Source: an uncultured Chryseobacterium sp. (GTDB lineage: Bacteria > Bacteroidota > Bacteroidia > Flavobacteriales_D > Sanyastnellaceae). From it: DNA of 64,000 nucleotides. Below are positions 46,827-57,352 of this stretch, piece by piece. Below the pieces are notes generated by a model, which was given only the letters and a program-made list of their open reading frames with translations, was not told the origin of the DNA and did not search any database. The position numbers were made by a program, and so were the translations under genes. The stretch is from assembly GCA_964511555.1 (NCBI GenBank), contig CAZEFR010000001.1, positions 83,698 through 147,697 of the forward strand. Reading direction: 5' to 3'. Positions within the stretch are counted from its first letter, which is position 1. Each line of letters opens with the position of its first letter.

Positions 46827-49817
46827 TTATTCTTTTACAAATATTTTTTTCGCGACAATTCCTTTTGCGCTATCTGAAATTTGAATGGCATACATGCCAT
46901 TGCTGAATGTTGAAACGTCTATTCGTGTTGAACCTTGATTCTGCATGTTTCCAGTATGAGTCAATTTTCCTTGAATGTCGAAAATAGAATAAGTCAACCC
47001 TCTGAATTGCGCTTCAGCAACCACTTGAATGTGGTCCTGGGCAGGTGAAGGATAAATTCTGAAGACAGATTCTTCTTCCTCATTCACATTCACGTTCGAT
47101 TGGAAATGTGCTGTGAATTGAGCGGAGTTTAAGGAAATATTTCCAAGCCAAATAGAGTCTAAGATATCATCTATAAGACTGCTGTTTTCCCAATAAGCGA
47201 ATTCATATCCGGGATTTGCAATGGCTTCAATTTTCACGGGCACGCCGTCGAAGTACACTCCTGTCCATGGATATTCAGTAGGTTGAATGGTGCTGATGTG
47301 AATTTGTCCAGAACCTGCTGGTAATACATCTAATGTGACATCTACTTGATTGGGTAGGTTGAAACGGTCTTGAATGTGATTGCGAACTTGCTCCGTTCTG
47401 CAAAGCAATTCTGATTGGAATGTCAAGTGATTGTTGTAGAATTGGTCCATCTGTCCAGGAACGTTATTCGCATCTCCCCAACGTTGGTATTCATTTGGCA
47501 TTTCAGGTGCTGTTAAATTAAAATAACGATTCTCTATAGCAATAAGTCTTTCAGGACGATAGTTGGTGTTCATCAAATCAGCAAATCGATTGATGAAGTA
47601 GTTTTTGTACTGTGTATTTTGAATGCTCTTTAGCCAGATGTTGATGTACGGATTGTCGGTGCTCTGTCCTGAAATGTAATCGATGTGATTGAAAAAACAA
47701 TCGGTCCAAGCATTCGGGTTTAGCGCCAATTCCAAATCAATGGTTGCGAAACGCCATCTGTTGTTGGTCACATTTGAGCGATGAATTTTTATGTTATTCT
47801 GCGGCCAATCGACATTTCCCATCCACGATTCGGAAATGATATAATCGGTGTAGTAGGTCATATCGAAATGCTGATCGGCGTCATTCCAATAGTTAGCACT
47901 TCCCGGATTGAGTGCATTGAATGCGTTATATGAATTCCAGAAATTATCTGTTGATCCCTCTACCGCCCGCAACATACCGCCGTACCAATAACTCAGAGAC
48001 ATGATTTCAACGGTATTTTTAATAGCGCCTTCATTTTCTCGGAACATCTCTGCGTTGTACTTCTCTCGAAGTTCATAAAGCCCGAAGTACTGTCCGTTTA
48101 TGTAGACAGTTGCAGGTCTGTATGCGCTGTAGTTGGCATTTGCTCCGCGACACATCATTTCAGCCTGACAAGCTTCTTTGTATGGAAGAACTAAATACTG
48201 ATTACTGCCATTTCGCAAATAGAATTCGGAATATTTGTTTCTGTTAGGTCTTCCAGGAATAATAACTTCATTCACCGATCCTTCTCCTAACACGCTGTGT
48301 GCTAATTCCAGTCTAAATGAATGTTGAGGATGTGAGCGGCTTCCACCAGCTCCTCCATCTATTTGCATTCCTGTGTTTTGAGAAAAAACCAATGGGTGTC
48401 CTGGAATGGAGTCGAAATAATCGATATGTGCATCGCGCAGCCAGTCTTGATCCCAATTGTCGAAAATCCCTTCGCTTCCATAAAGATTCGCATTGTCTGT
48501 GGTGATGGAGAGAATAGGAGTGGTGTGCGTGATGTTGAAGAGAAAAGAAGCCGAAGTTACATTACTCGGAATGTGGTTCGGTTTGAAAGCCCTTGCACGA
48601 AGAATTCTTGATTGGAAGAACGGGATAGGTATTCCCGTGTAAACGGGTGAATTGAAATTTGGTTCACTTCCATCCGTTGTATATCGAATTGTTGATGGTG
48701 CAGTATTTACATCTAGAATTGAAACGCCAAATGGAGTTGAATAAATACCGGGGTTATGGTCGAAAAGCGGTGCAATGGCATAGCCCAATGCAGGTGCTTG
48801 GTTGTTGCTTGCTTCTGGTGTTGGATTGGCGAAAAGCGAATTCGAGTTAGAACCATTTGGATATCTTCCAATACTCATGTCGAGGGCTTGACAATTAATG
48901 AATAAACTATTTTCAAGAACCTGCGAAGGGTTGAATAAAAACAGCGTGTCACCACTTCCAGAAAGTTTGAAATTGGTGTGAAATTGCGTTCCAGTATTTG
49001 GAAGAAAAGTATTCGTCATGGAAACTTCTGGCGTGTTCTTCATGGCAATTTCAATGTAGGTATATTCCACAGGATCTGTGGCCGCTACATTAAATCCAAG
49101 CGAATTGATAGGTCCAGCAGAGAGTCCGGCTGCCGTAAGTTCTGCTGCTGGAATGAGCATTTGGTTTCGCGCGCTCCAGTACCAGTTTCCATAGGGTGCA
49201 GGGTAATCGGTATTTCCGTTTTGAATGTTACCTGTTCCGATGGTAACGCCATTCAATTTCATGTTCGGACGTTGATTAGCAACGCTGCCCAAAACAGTTG
49301 AACACGACGCTTCGCTACCATCATTGTATGCGTATGTTGTTGATCCGTATGATGTAGCAGACTGTCTAAAAACAGAGTTGGTAATGTAGCCAGTATTGCT
49401 GTAGGAGCATACGTTTACGGCTATGCTCGAAACGCCATCCCATTGAAAAGGCGTCGTGAAGTTGTGCGTGTTCCATCCAACATATGGAGTGTAAGTTCCA
49501 GTATTGACTGTGGTGGTGAAAGGCGAAGTTGCAAATCTGTTTTTTTCGCTACAAAAAACAACAAGAAATTCTCCAGGATTAAGCGTGTAATGGGGGAATG
49601 TCCACTCTGTCGGAGTAGTAGAATTGTCCGATAAAGAATAACCGAAAAGATCGACTGCTGAATTTCCAGCGTTGTAAAGTTCAACCCAATCTTCGTATTC
49701 ACCATCTTCATCGGTAATTAGACTGTAGTTCTTATTACTTCCTTCGTTAATTACAATTTGAGACCAAAGTGGGTTTGAGAGAAGTGAAATAGTAAATATT
49801 ACAACAAGGTTTTTCAT
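46827..49817 (-). CDS. Large secreted CotH-family protein with N-terminal lamin-tail (LTD) domain, a chitobiase-C-like domain and a T9SS C-terminal sorting domain
   Basis: LTD: IVINEGSNKN..EDWVELYNAGNSAVDLFGYSLSD. IRYTTDGSEPNFNSPVYTGIPI. CotH-like: SFRLEL..YLRNGSNQ..TVYINGQYFGLYELREKY. CTD: FRIYPSPAQDHIQV..GMYAIQI..KIFVKE. Confidence 0.75.
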   Translation of the reverse strand: MKNLVVIFTISLLSNPLWSQIVINEGSNKNYSLITDEDGEYEDWVELYNAGNSAVDLFGYSLSDNSTTPTEWTFPHYTLNPGEFLVVFCSEKNRFATSPFTTTVNTGTYTPYVGWNTHNFTTPFQWDGVSSIAVNVCSYSNTGYITNSVFRQSATSYGSTTYAYNDGSEASCSTVLGSVANQRPNMKLNGVTIGTGNIQNGNTDYPAPYGNWYWSARNQMLIPAAELTAAGLSAGPINSLGFNVAATDPVEYTYIEIAMKNTPEVSMTNTFLPNTGTQFHTNFKLSGSGDTLFLFNPSQVLENSLFINCQALDMSIGRYPNGSNSNSLFANPTPEASNNQAPALGYAIAPLFDHNPGIYSTPFGVSILDVNTAPSTIRYTTDGSEPNFNSPVYTGIPIPFFQSRILRARAFKPNHIPSNVTSASFLFNITHTTPILSITTDNANLYGSEGIFDNWDQDWLRDAHIDYFDSIPGHPLVFSQNTGMQIDGGAGGSRSHPQHSFRLELAHSVLGEGSVNEVIIPGRPNRNKYSEFYLRNGSNQYLVLPYKEACQAEMMCRGANANYSAYRPATVYINGQYFGLYELREKYNAEMFRENEGAIKNTVEIMSLSYWYGGMLRAVEGSTDNFWNSYNAFNALNPGSANYWNDADQHFDMTYYTDYIISESWMGNVDWPQNNIKIHRSNVTNNRWRFATIDLELALNPNAWTDCFFNHIDYISGQSTDNPYINIWLKSIQNTQYKNYFINRFADLMNTNYRPERLIAIENRYFNLTAPEMPNEYQRWGDANNVPGQMDQFYNNHLTFQSELLCRTEQVRNHIQDRFNLPNQVDVTLDVLPAGSGQIHISTIQPTEYPWTGVYFDGVPVKIEAIANPGYEFAYWENSSLIDDILDSIWLGNISLNSAQFTAHFQSNVNVNEEEESVFRIYPSPAQDHIQVVAEAQFRGLTYSIFDIQGKLTHTGNMQNQGSTRIDVSTFSNGMYAIQISDSAKGIVAKKIFVKE

Positions 49818-49829
49818 GTCCTAAAGGTA

Positions 49830-50528
49830 TTAATCTTTGCTGCTTTTTGCTTTTTGAAGTTCTTGTGCAATGGCTGCTTCAACAAGCGGTTCCATAATGA
49901 GATAACCCGCTTTATTCGGATGAACACCATCATCTCCGAGTTCTATGCGCAATCCGTTACGTTCGTCCTTCATGTGTGTGTGGAAGTCTACAAAAGTAAT
50001 GTTATGCATTTCTGCGTAAAATTCAAGCGCAGCATTTAGTTCAATAATTTTTTCAGCCGGCTTCTTTCCCGGACTCCAGGAATAATCGAAAGCAGGAAGC
50101 ACTGAGCAAAGAACAACGCCTATATCATTAGCCTTGGCCAGTTCAATCATAGAGAAAATGTTGTCTTCAATCATATCAAGAGTTACATCGCCCGTATTTC
50201 CTGCGATGTCGTTCGTACCTCCGAGGAATACGACAACTTTGGGGTGAAGATTTACTACATCTGCTCGAAAGCGGAGAAGCATTTGAGAAGTTGTTTGGCC
50301 ACTAATTCCTCTGTTAATGTAGCTTTTTCCAACAAAAAATTCAGGATGAATACTACTCCAGAATTCAGTAATTGAATTTCCCATGAAAACAATGCGCTCT
50401 TCGTTGTTTCCTGGATTTTCGAGCCAAGTGTTTGCCTTTCTATAGTAAGTCAGATTTGCCCAGTCTTGAGTGTATACCGTGTTATACATGGCCATGATTA
50501 AGCAAAGTGAAAGTAGTCTTCTTGTCAT
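49830..50528 (-). CDS. SGNH/GDSL-type hydrolase (secreted)
   Basis: Block I FMGNSITE, block III GGTND, block V DGVHP. Confidence 0.8.
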   Translation of the reverse strand: MTRRLLSLCLIMAMYNTVYTQDWANLTYYRKANTWLENPGNNEERIVFMGNSITEFWSSIHPEFFVGKSYINRGISGQTTSQMLLRFRADVVNLHPKVVVFLGGTNDIAGNTGDVTLDMIEDNIFSMIELAKANDIGVVLCSVLPAFDYSWSPGKKPAEKIIELNAALEFYAEMHNITFVDFHTHMKDERNGLRIELGDDGVHPNKAGYLIMEPLVEAAIAQELQKAKSSKD

Positions 50529-50646
50529 AAGTTCATTTCAAAGTTAGCTCAGGCCTTGCGTAATTCATTGTCAGACGTTGATAATTTTACTTTTCAGGGT
50601 TCGAGGCAAGGAAGTTTCGCGTTTTCTTCGAAGAAAATTAAGAGAT

Positions 50647-51954
50647 ATGTCGGCTTTTGAAATTGTTGGTGGCAATGCTTTGAAGGGAACAGTTATTCCT
50701 CAAGGTGCGAAAAATGAGGCGTTACAAATTATTTCTGCGGTATTGCTTACTGCAGAACCTGTGATTATTCGCAATATTCCGGAGATTATTGATGTGTTGA
50801 AGTTGATAGATTTACTTCAAGACATTGGTGTGAAGGTGGAGAAGTTAGCCAAAGGCGAATTCAAATTCATTGCCGATGATGTGAATCTTGAATATTTAAA
50901 GACGGAAGATTACAAGAAGAAGGCTGCTGCTTTGCGCGGATCTATCATGCTTGTGGGGCCTATGCTAGGCAGATTTGGTCAAGGATACATTCCTAAGCCA
51001 GGGGGAGATAAGATTGGTCGTCGTCGTTTAGATACGCACTTTACAGGATTTCAAAATTTAGGTGCTACGTTTAATTATGACGCCGTAAATTACTTTTACA
51101 GTGTCACTGCTCCTCGTTTGAAAGGTGCGTACATGTTGCTCGACGAAGCTTCTGTAACAGGAACTGCAAACATTGTCATGGCCGCGGCATTAGCAGAAGG
51201 TACAACCACGATTTACAACGCAGCTTGCGAACCCTATTTGCAGCAGCTGTGTAAGATGATTAATCGCATGGGTGGTAAGATTTCGGGCATCGGTTCGAAT
51301 TTACTTATCATTGAGGGGGTTGAAAAATTAGGTGGAACCGAGCACAGATGCCTTCCAGATATGATTGAAATTGGATCTTTCATTGGAATGGCCGCCATGA
51401 CGAAGGGAGACATTACGATCAAAGATGTTTCTTACAATGATCTTGGAATTATTCCTGAAATGTTCCGTCGCATGGGCATTCAAGTGGATCTTGTGAACGG
51501 TGATGACCTTCACATTCCAGCGCAAGATTCATATGAGATTGATACCTTCATCGATGGCTCTATCATGACCATTAGCGATGCGCCTTGGCCAGGGTTCACT
51601 CCAGATTTAATTTCGATTGCTTTGGTTACTGCGACACAAGCAAGAGGTTCGGTCCTAATTCATCAAAAGATGTTTGAGAGTCGTTTGTTCTTCGTTGACA
51701 AACTTATTGATATGGGCGCGCAGATTATTTTGTGTGATCCACACAGAGCAACCGTTATTGGCCTCGACCGCAAGTCGACCTTAAAAGGAGTGACCATGTC
51801 TTCGCCTGATATTCGTGCGGGAGTGTCCTTGTTAATTGCGGCATTGAGCGCGAAAGGAAAGTCAACGATTCAGAACATTGAGCAGATCGATCGCGGCTAC
51901 CAGGATATTGAAGCGCGATTGCAAGCATTGGGAGCAGATATTAAGCGCGTCTAA
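50647..51954 (+). CDS. murA: UDP-N-acetylglucosamine 1-carboxyvinyltransferase
   Basis: The ATG at 50647 gives MSAFEIVGGNALKGTV..GAKNEALQI. Also GGDKIGRRRLD and TFIDGSIM. Confidence 0.95.
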   Translation: MSAFEIVGGNALKGTVIPQGAKNEALQIISAVLLTAEPVIIRNIPEIIDVLKLIDLLQDIGVKVEKLAKGEFKFIADDVNLEYLKTEDYKKKAAALRGSIMLVGPMLGRFGQGYIPKPGGDKIGRRRLDTHFTGFQNLGATFNYDAVNYFYSVTAPRLKGAYMLLDEASVTGTANIVMAAALAEGTTTIYNAACEPYLQQLCKMINRMGGKISGIGSNLLIIEGVEKLGGTEHRCLPDMIEIGSFIGMAAMTKGDITIKDVSYNDLGIIPEMFRRMGIQVDLVNGDDLHIPAQDSYEIDTFIDGSIMTISDAPWPGFTPDLISIALVTATQARGSVLIHQKMFESRLFFVDKLIDMGAQIILCDPHRATVIGLDRKSTLKGVTMSSPDIRAGVSLLIAALSAKGKSTIQNIEQIDRGYQDIEARLQALGADIKRV

Positions 51955-52006
51955 ACTCTTTGGCAAGAACTTTGGCTTGTGAGCAACAGACTGTTCTATA
52001 TTTGAA

Positions 52007-52579
52007 ATGAATTCAACAATTATGAAAAAAAATCTTGCCCCTTTCGCTCTGCTACTCGCAGTAGTTGCCATGTTCAGCTTCACTTCGGTTAAGCAGAATG
52101 ATACCAAACCAACTTCAACCAAAATCGGATTGGAGATTGGAGACGAAGCACCTAACATTATTATGAAGGGTGTTGATGGAAAAGACTTAAAGCTTTCTTC
52201 TTTAAGAGGTAAAATGGTTTTGATTGATTTCTGGGCTTCATGGTGCGGACCTTGCCGCAGAGAGAATCCGAATGTGGTGGCTGCTTACAACAAGTACACA
52301 AAGGCCAAGTTCAAAACAGCAAAAGGATTCGAAATCTTTTCAGTGAGCTTCGATCAAAACAAAACAGCTTGGGAAGAAGCCATTGCGAAAGACGGATTGT
52401 TGTGGAAGTATCATGTTTGCGATATGAAGGGATGGGCGAATGCGGCCGGACAATTGTACGGTATCTCAAGCATCCCATCAAGTGTGTTAATTGACGAGAA
52501 CGGAATTATTGTCGCGAAAAACCTTCGCGGACCAGCTTTAGACATGGAATTGGACAAGTATGTAGCTTCGTTCAATTGA
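52007..52579 (+). CDS. TlpA-family thiol:disulfide oxidoreductase (secreted thioredoxin fold)
   Basis: FWASWCGPCRRENP. The start could instead be the ATG at 52022 (MKKNLAPF). Confidence 0.85.
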   Translation: MNSTIMKKNLAPFALLLAVVAMFSFTSVKQNDTKPTSTKIGLEIGDEAPNIIMKGVDGKDLKLSSLRGKMVLIDFWASWCGPCRRENPNVVAAYNKYTKAKFKTAKGFEIFSVSFDQNKTAWEEAIAKDGLLWKYHVCDMKGWANAAGQLYGISSIPSSVLIDENGIIVAKNLRGPALDMELDKYVASFN

Positions 52580-52603
52580 TCTGATTATATAAGTTATCTT
52601 TGC

Positions 52604-52630
52604 GGGCCGAATACATTCGGCCCGTTTTGT
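52604..52630 (+). terminator. Intrinsic terminator
   Basis: GGGCCGAA-TACA-TTCGGCCC followed by GTTTTGTTTT. Confidence 0.75.
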
Positions 52631-52633
52631 TTT

Positions 52634-52647
52634 CTGACAGCCTGTCG
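52634..52647 (+). promoter_or_regulatory. Inverted repeat CTGACAG-C-CTGTCG upstream of grpE-dnaJ (candidate operator)
   Basis: GACAG/CTGTC perfect inverted repeat with a 1-nt spacer, 57 nt upstream of the grpE ATG. The same core occurs upstream of dnaK at 63482-63497. Confidence 0.35.
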
Positions 52648-52703
52648 CACTTTGCGGTGTGGCTTAAGGATTGAGTAATGGGGTTTATATTAAAATTTTG
52701 ATT

Positions 52704-53249
52704 ATGACAGAAGAATTGAATGACAATCAGTCACAAGAATTGGAAAACAACGAGGTGAATGAAACACCAATCGAAGAGACTGCCGCAGAACCGACAGCTG
52801 AAGCAGAGCCTTCAAATGACGAGTTAGTGGCAGAGTGGAAAGATAAATACGTGCGATTGACGGCTGACTTCGAGAATTTCAGAAGGCAAAAGAACAAGGA
52901 AAGAATTGAATTATTAAGCAATGCTTCGCGCGATGTGATTAGCGGTTTGCTTCCAGTATTGGATGTGTTCGAATTGGCCATGAAAGCCAATGAGACGAGC
53001 GAAGATATTCAGGCGGTGAAGGAAGGTTTCGCTCTGATATACGGAAAGCTTTTGGGTGAATTGGAAAAGAAAGGTCTGAAGCCTATGGAAAGCAATGGTC
53101 TTCCTTTCAATGTAGATTTTCATGAGGCCATTACTGAATTCCCAGCTCCAACAGAAGAGCAAAAGAATACGGTAATCGATACAATGGAGAAGGGATATTT
53201 GTTGAATGATAATGTTATTCGCTACGCCAAAGTAGTGGTAGGAAAATAA
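52704..53249 (+). CDS. grpE: Nucleotide exchange factor GrpE
   Basis: The ATG at 52704 gives an acidic N-terminus. Also [14 protein letters not shown] and LPVLDVFE. Confidence 0.92.
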   Translation: MTEELNDNQSQELENNEVNETPIEETAAEPTAEAEPSNDELVAEWKDKYVRLTADFENFRRQKNKERIELLSNASRDVISGLLPVLDVFELAMKANETSEDIQAVKEGFALIYGKLLGELEKKGLKPMESNGLPFNVDFHEAITEFPAPTEEQKNTVIDTMEKGYLLNDNVIRYAKVVVGK

Positions 53250-53251
53250 TT

Positions 53252-54358
53252 ATGGCTAAGAGAGATTATTACGACGTATTGGGTGTTTCGCGCAGCGCAA
53301 GTGAAGCTGATATAAAAAAGGCTTATCGCAAATTGGCTATTCAGTATCACCCCGATAAAAATCCAGACGACAGTTCGGCTGAAGAAAAGTTCAAAGAAGC
53401 TGCAGAAGCCTATGAGATTTTAAGTGATAATCAGAAGCGTCAGCGCTACGACCAATTTGGTCACGCCGGAATGGGCGGAGGCGGAGGTCAAAGCTATGGC
53501 GGCGGAATGAATATGGACGATATCTTCTCTCAATTCGGAGATATCTTCGGTGGGTTCGGTGGTGGTGGTGGTGGAAGATCGAGCGCAAGAAAAGTGAAGG
53601 GAAGCAATCTTCGTATTCGTGTTAAATTGAATTTAGAGGAAATAGCCTTTGGAACCACCAAGAAAATCAAGGTTTTCAAGATGGCGAATGCCGATGGCGT
53701 GACTTACGATACCTGTTCTACTTGCGGAGGTTCGGGACAGATACGCCGCGTGCAACAAACCATTCTCGGAGCTATGCAAACGGCAAGCACCTGCAACGCT
53801 TGTAACGGTGCCGGAAAGTCTATCAAAGACCGTCCGAAAGATGCCGATGCCTACGGACAAGTCCGCAAGGAAGAAACCGTTGAGATTAAAATTCCAGCGG
53901 GTGTGGGTGAAGGAATGACTTTGAATGTTTCTGGAAAAGGAAATGCAGGTCCATTCGGTGGAGTACCAGGAGATTTATTGGTTCAGATTGAAGAAGAAGA
54001 ACACAGCGAATTGAAGCGCGACGGCATTCACTTGTACTACGATTTGTATTTGAATTTCGTAGATGCCGCTATGGGCGCAAGCATTGAAATTCCATTGGTA
54101 AAGGGCAAGGCGCAGATTAAGATTGAAGCTGGAACGCAAGCGGGTAAAATATTAAGATTGAAAGGAAAAGGTCTCCCAGATGTTAACGGATACGGTACTG
54201 GAGATTTGATGGTAAACATCAATGTTTGGACGCCACAGAAACTTTCTTCGGAAGAAAAAGAAATTTTAACGAAGCTTCGCGAATCGGAAAATTTCAAACC
54301 TAATCCTTCAGCGAAAGACAAGAGCTTTTTCCAACGTGTAAAAGAAATGTTTCAGTAA
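53252..54358 (+). CDS. dnaJ: Molecular chaperone DnaJ
   Basis: J domain YHPDKN, a G/F-rich linker, and four CxxCxGxG zinc motifs (partly degenerate: [16 protein letters not shown]). Confidence 0.97.
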   Translation: MAKRDYYDVLGVSRSASEADIKKAYRKLAIQYHPDKNPDDSSAEEKFKEAAEAYEILSDNQKRQRYDQFGHAGMGGGGGQSYGGGMNMDDIFSQFGDIFGGFGGGGGGRSSARKVKGSNLRIRVKLNLEEIAFGTTKKIKVFKMANADGVTYDTCSTCGGSGQIRRVQQTILGAMQTASTCNACNGAGKSIKDRPKDADAYGQVRKEETVEIKIPAGVGEGMTLNVSGKGNAGPFGGVPGDLLVQIEEEEHSELKRDGIHLYYDLYLNFVDAAMGASIEIPLVKGKAQIKIEAGTQAGKILRLKGKGLPDVNGYGTGDLMVNINVWTPQKLSSEEKEILTKLRESENFKPNPSAKDKSFFQRVKEMFQ

Positions 54359-54365
54359 TTAGGCA

Positions 54366-55151
54366 ATGGAGCAGGAAGAAGAGAAAACTGAGTTTGCGCG
54401 CTACTTTCTGCAGATAGCCTATGACGGAACGAATTATCACGGGTGGCAACGCCAGCCGAATGCCCATTCGGTTCAAGAAGAAATAGAAAAAGCCCTCTGC
54501 AAAATTTTACGTTTGCCGAAGGTGGTGACACTCGGCTGCGGTCGCACAGACACGGGTGTTCACGCAAGCGATTTTTATCTTCATTTCGTTCCGGAAATTC
54601 ATGAGTTGAATGAAGAGGAAACGTTGTTCCGATTGCAACAGGTGTTGCCGAAGGACATTGCGGCCTATAGACTTTTCAAAGTGAACAATCGCGCACATGC
54701 CCGCTTCGATGCCAATGAACGTTCTTACGAATATCGCATTGCAAAAAAGAAAGATCCCTTCCAACGTAATTACACATATTTCTACGGTAAAGAATTAAAC
54801 GTTGAGGCCATGAACAACGCCGCTCAATTAATGTTAGGTTCTCATGATTTTGCTTGTTTTTGTAAGTCGGGCGGAGGTCAGATGACGACCATGTGCGATG
54901 TGCGAGAAGCAAGGTGGGAAGAAAAGGATAGCTTGCTCATCTTTCACATTACTGCCGATCGATTCCTTCGGAATATGGTTCGCGCTGTTGTTGGAACGTT
55001 GTTGCAAGTAGGAAGAGGCGAAATGAGTTTGGAAGAATTTCAAGAAGTGCTGAATAGCAAATCGAGAAATGCGGCAGGAGAAAGTGTTCGTCCGAATGGA
55101 CTGTTTTTAACTCGAGTAATTTATCCGGAATCTACATTCCGAACAAACTAA
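54366..55151 (+). CDS. truA: tRNA pseudouridine(38-40) synthase
   Basis: YDGTNYHGWQRQ, GCGRTDTGVHAS, RFLRNMVRAVVGT. Confidence 0.93.
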   Translation: MEQEEEKTEFARYFLQIAYDGTNYHGWQRQPNAHSVQEEIEKALCKILRLPKVVTLGCGRTDTGVHASDFYLHFVPEIHELNEEETLFRLQQVLPKDIAAYRLFKVNNRAHARFDANERSYEYRIAKKKDPFQRNYTYFYGKELNVEAMNNAAQLMLGSHDFACFCKSGGGQMTTMCDVREARWEEKDSLLIFHITADRFLRNMVRAVVGTLLQVGRGEMSLEEFQEVLNSKSRNAAGESVRPNGLFLTRVIYPESTFRTN

Positions 55152-55154
55152 AAG

Positions 55155-56897
55155 ATGGCATCAGGTAAGGCATTTGATTGGAAAATATTTGGAAGACTGT
55201 ATAGCTACAGCAAGCCTTATCGCGGTGGATTCGCTGTGACGCTTTTGTTGGTTTTAGTGCTCTCGGGATTGACAGTGGTTCGCCCCGAGCAAATGCGGAA
55301 CATGTTAGATGTGGCGGTACCTGGCGGAGATCCCACGCAAATATTGAATGTAGCCATTTGGTTTTTTGTGGTGTTGGCTGTTGAGATTTTACTTCAGTAT
55401 ATACAAACGCTTTCCGCCAATAGCGTTGCGCAGAGCATTACACTTGATATGCGTGAAAAGGTCTATGCGCAAGTCATTCGATATAAGTTGAATTACTTCG
55501 ATAAGACTCCTGTTGGACAATTGGTAACGCGTCACATTGGTGACATCGACGGTATTGCGGAAGTATTTAGCGTTGGACTTTTAGATATCATTCGAGATAC
55601 GCTGAAACTGTTGGTTATTGTAGGATTCATGTTTTTTCTCGATTGGAAGTTGACGTTGATTGTGATGCTTCCCATTCCCATTTTGCTTTGGGCCACGCGC
55701 TTGTTTCAACAAGCCGTGAAGAAGTCGTTTCAAGATGTTCGAAATGAAGTAGCGCGTATGAACGTGTTCGTGCAAGAGCACGTGACGGGAATGAACATTG
55801 TTCAATTCTTCAACCGTCAGAAAATAGAAAACGAAAAGTTTGTAGAGATTAATGCGCAGCAGCGCGATGCGCACATTCGCGGCATCTGGGCCTATTCCGT
55901 ATTCTTTCCAGTAGTGGAAATTCTTTCTGCACTGTCTGTTTCTCTCTTGCTGTGGTGGGGAGTGAAATCGAGTTTGAATTTGGAAATGTCACCCGGATTA
56001 ATCCTCGAGTTCAGCACATTCATTGCCATGATGTACAGACCTATTCGTCAGATGGCAGACAACTTCAACGTACTTCAAATGGGTGTGGTGAATGCAGAAC
56101 GTGTATTCAAATTAATGGACGAAGATCATTCGGAAGAAGATGCGCTGCATGAAGAGATGCAGGAGGTGAATGGAAGAATTGAATTCCGAAATGTGAGTTT
56201 TCAATATGTGGAAAATCAACCGGTGTTAACCAACTTCAACATGATTATTGAAGCGGGTAAGAACGCGGCTATTGTCGGTTCTACGGGGTCTGGAAAGTCG
56301 ACGTTGATTTCTTTGTTGAATCGTTTCTATGAAATAAATGAAGGCGAGATTCTAATTGATGATGTCGCACTTTCGAAATTGCCGTTGATTTCGCTTCGAA
56401 AGACAATAGGTGTTGTGCTTCAAGATGTTTTTCTTTTCAGCGATTCCATTCGAAACAATTTAACCTTGTACAACACCGAAATTTCAGACGAGCGCATGAT
56501 CGCTGCTGCGAAAATGGTGGGTGCGCATGAGTTCATTATGGCGCTTCCGGGTGGTTATGATTTCGATGTGAAGGAAAGAGGAACGTTGCTCAGCACAGGT
56601 CAAAGACAATTGTTGGCATTTGTACGCGTCTTTCTTCAAGATCCGAAAATAGTTATTCTCGATGAAGCCACATCGAGCATCGACACGGAGTCTGAGTTGT
56701 TGATTCAGCGTGCGACAGAGCTCCTTACGAAAGACAGAACTTCAATTGTTATCGCGCACAGGCTTTCAACCATACAGCAAGCCGATGTGATTTTTGTGTT
56801 GGAAGAAGGAGAGATTATTGAGCAAGGAAGCCACCAAGAACTCATGAACATGAGCGGTCATTATCGTAACTTAGTGGAACTGCAATACAAGAAATAA
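55155..56897 (+). CDS. ABC transporter, fused permease/ATP-binding protein (MsbA/lipid exporter-like)
   Basis: Six-TM N-domain. Walker A GSTGSGKST, signature LSTGQRQ, Walker B ILDEATS. Confidence 0.9.
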   Translation: MASGKAFDWKIFGRLYSYSKPYRGGFAVTLLLVLVLSGLTVVRPEQMRNMLDVAVPGGDPTQILNVAIWFFVVLAVEILLQYIQTLSANSVAQSITLDMREKVYAQVIRYKLNYFDKTPVGQLVTRHIGDIDGIAEVFSVGLLDIIRDTLKLLVIVGFMFFLDWKLTLIVMLPIPILLWATRLFQQAVKKSFQDVRNEVARMNVFVQEHVTGMNIVQFFNRQKIENEKFVEINAQQRDAHIRGIWAYSVFFPVVEILSALSVSLLLWWGVKSSLNLEMSPGLILEFSTFIAMMYRPIRQMADNFNVLQMGVVNAERVFKLMDEDHSEEDALHEEMQEVNGRIEFRNVSFQYVENQPVLTNFNMIIEAGKNAAIVGSTGSGKSTLISLLNRFYEINEGEILIDDVALSKLPLISLRKTIGVVLQDVFLFSDSIRNNLTLYNTEISDERMIAAAKMVGAHEFIMALPGGYDFDVKERGTLLSTGQRQLLAFVRVFLQDPKIVILDEATSSIDTESELLIQRATELLTKDRTSIVIAHRLSTIQQADVIFVLEEGEIIEQGSHQELMNMSGHYRNLVELQYKK

Positions 56898-57313
56898 TGA
56901 CACACGCCGAAAAGATTGTAGAATCTATGTTTGCGAACGACGCATTTAGCCAATGGCTGGGTATAGAGCGTTTGAGAATTGAACCAGGGATTTGCGATTT
57001 GCGCATGACGGTTCGCGGCGAAATGCTAAACGGATTTTCTATTGCCCACGGAGGAATATCTTATTCGCTTGCAGACACAGCGCTTGCCTTTGCTAGCAAT
57101 GCACACGGACTGAAGTGTTATTCGGTAGAGACGTCTATTTCGCATGTGAAACCGGTGGTGGAAGGAGATGTGCTTTCAACGTTGGTTGAAGAGAAAAGTT
57201 TATCGAAGCGCATCGGTGTTTACCACATCACTGTTTTCAATCAGAACAACGAAGCTGTAGCGTTTTTCAAAGGGACTGTTCATCGGTCCGAAAAATCATG
57301 GGAAATCGCATAA
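56897..57313 (+). CDS. PaaI-family hotdog-fold thioesterase
   Basis: NGFSIAHGGISYSLADTA. 138 aa. TAATG overlap with the ABC transporter gene. Confidence 0.8.
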   Translation: MTHAEKIVESMFANDAFSQWLGIERLRIEPGICDLRMTVRGEMLNGFSIAHGGISYSLADTALAFASNAHGLKCYSVETSISHVKPVVEGDVLSTLVEEKSLSKRIGVYHITVFNQNNEAVAFFKGTVHRSEKSWEIA

Positions 57314-57352
57314 TTTTCAAGGACTTTCTTCCTTAAATCGTAAATTTGCACC

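Noticed and set aside
52580-52703. I searched the grpE upstream region for CIRCE, a sigma32-type promoter or an exact TAnnTTTG box.
   Set aside because: None was found. GCACTTTG and AAATTTTG are only near-matches to the -7 box, so no promoter call is made here.
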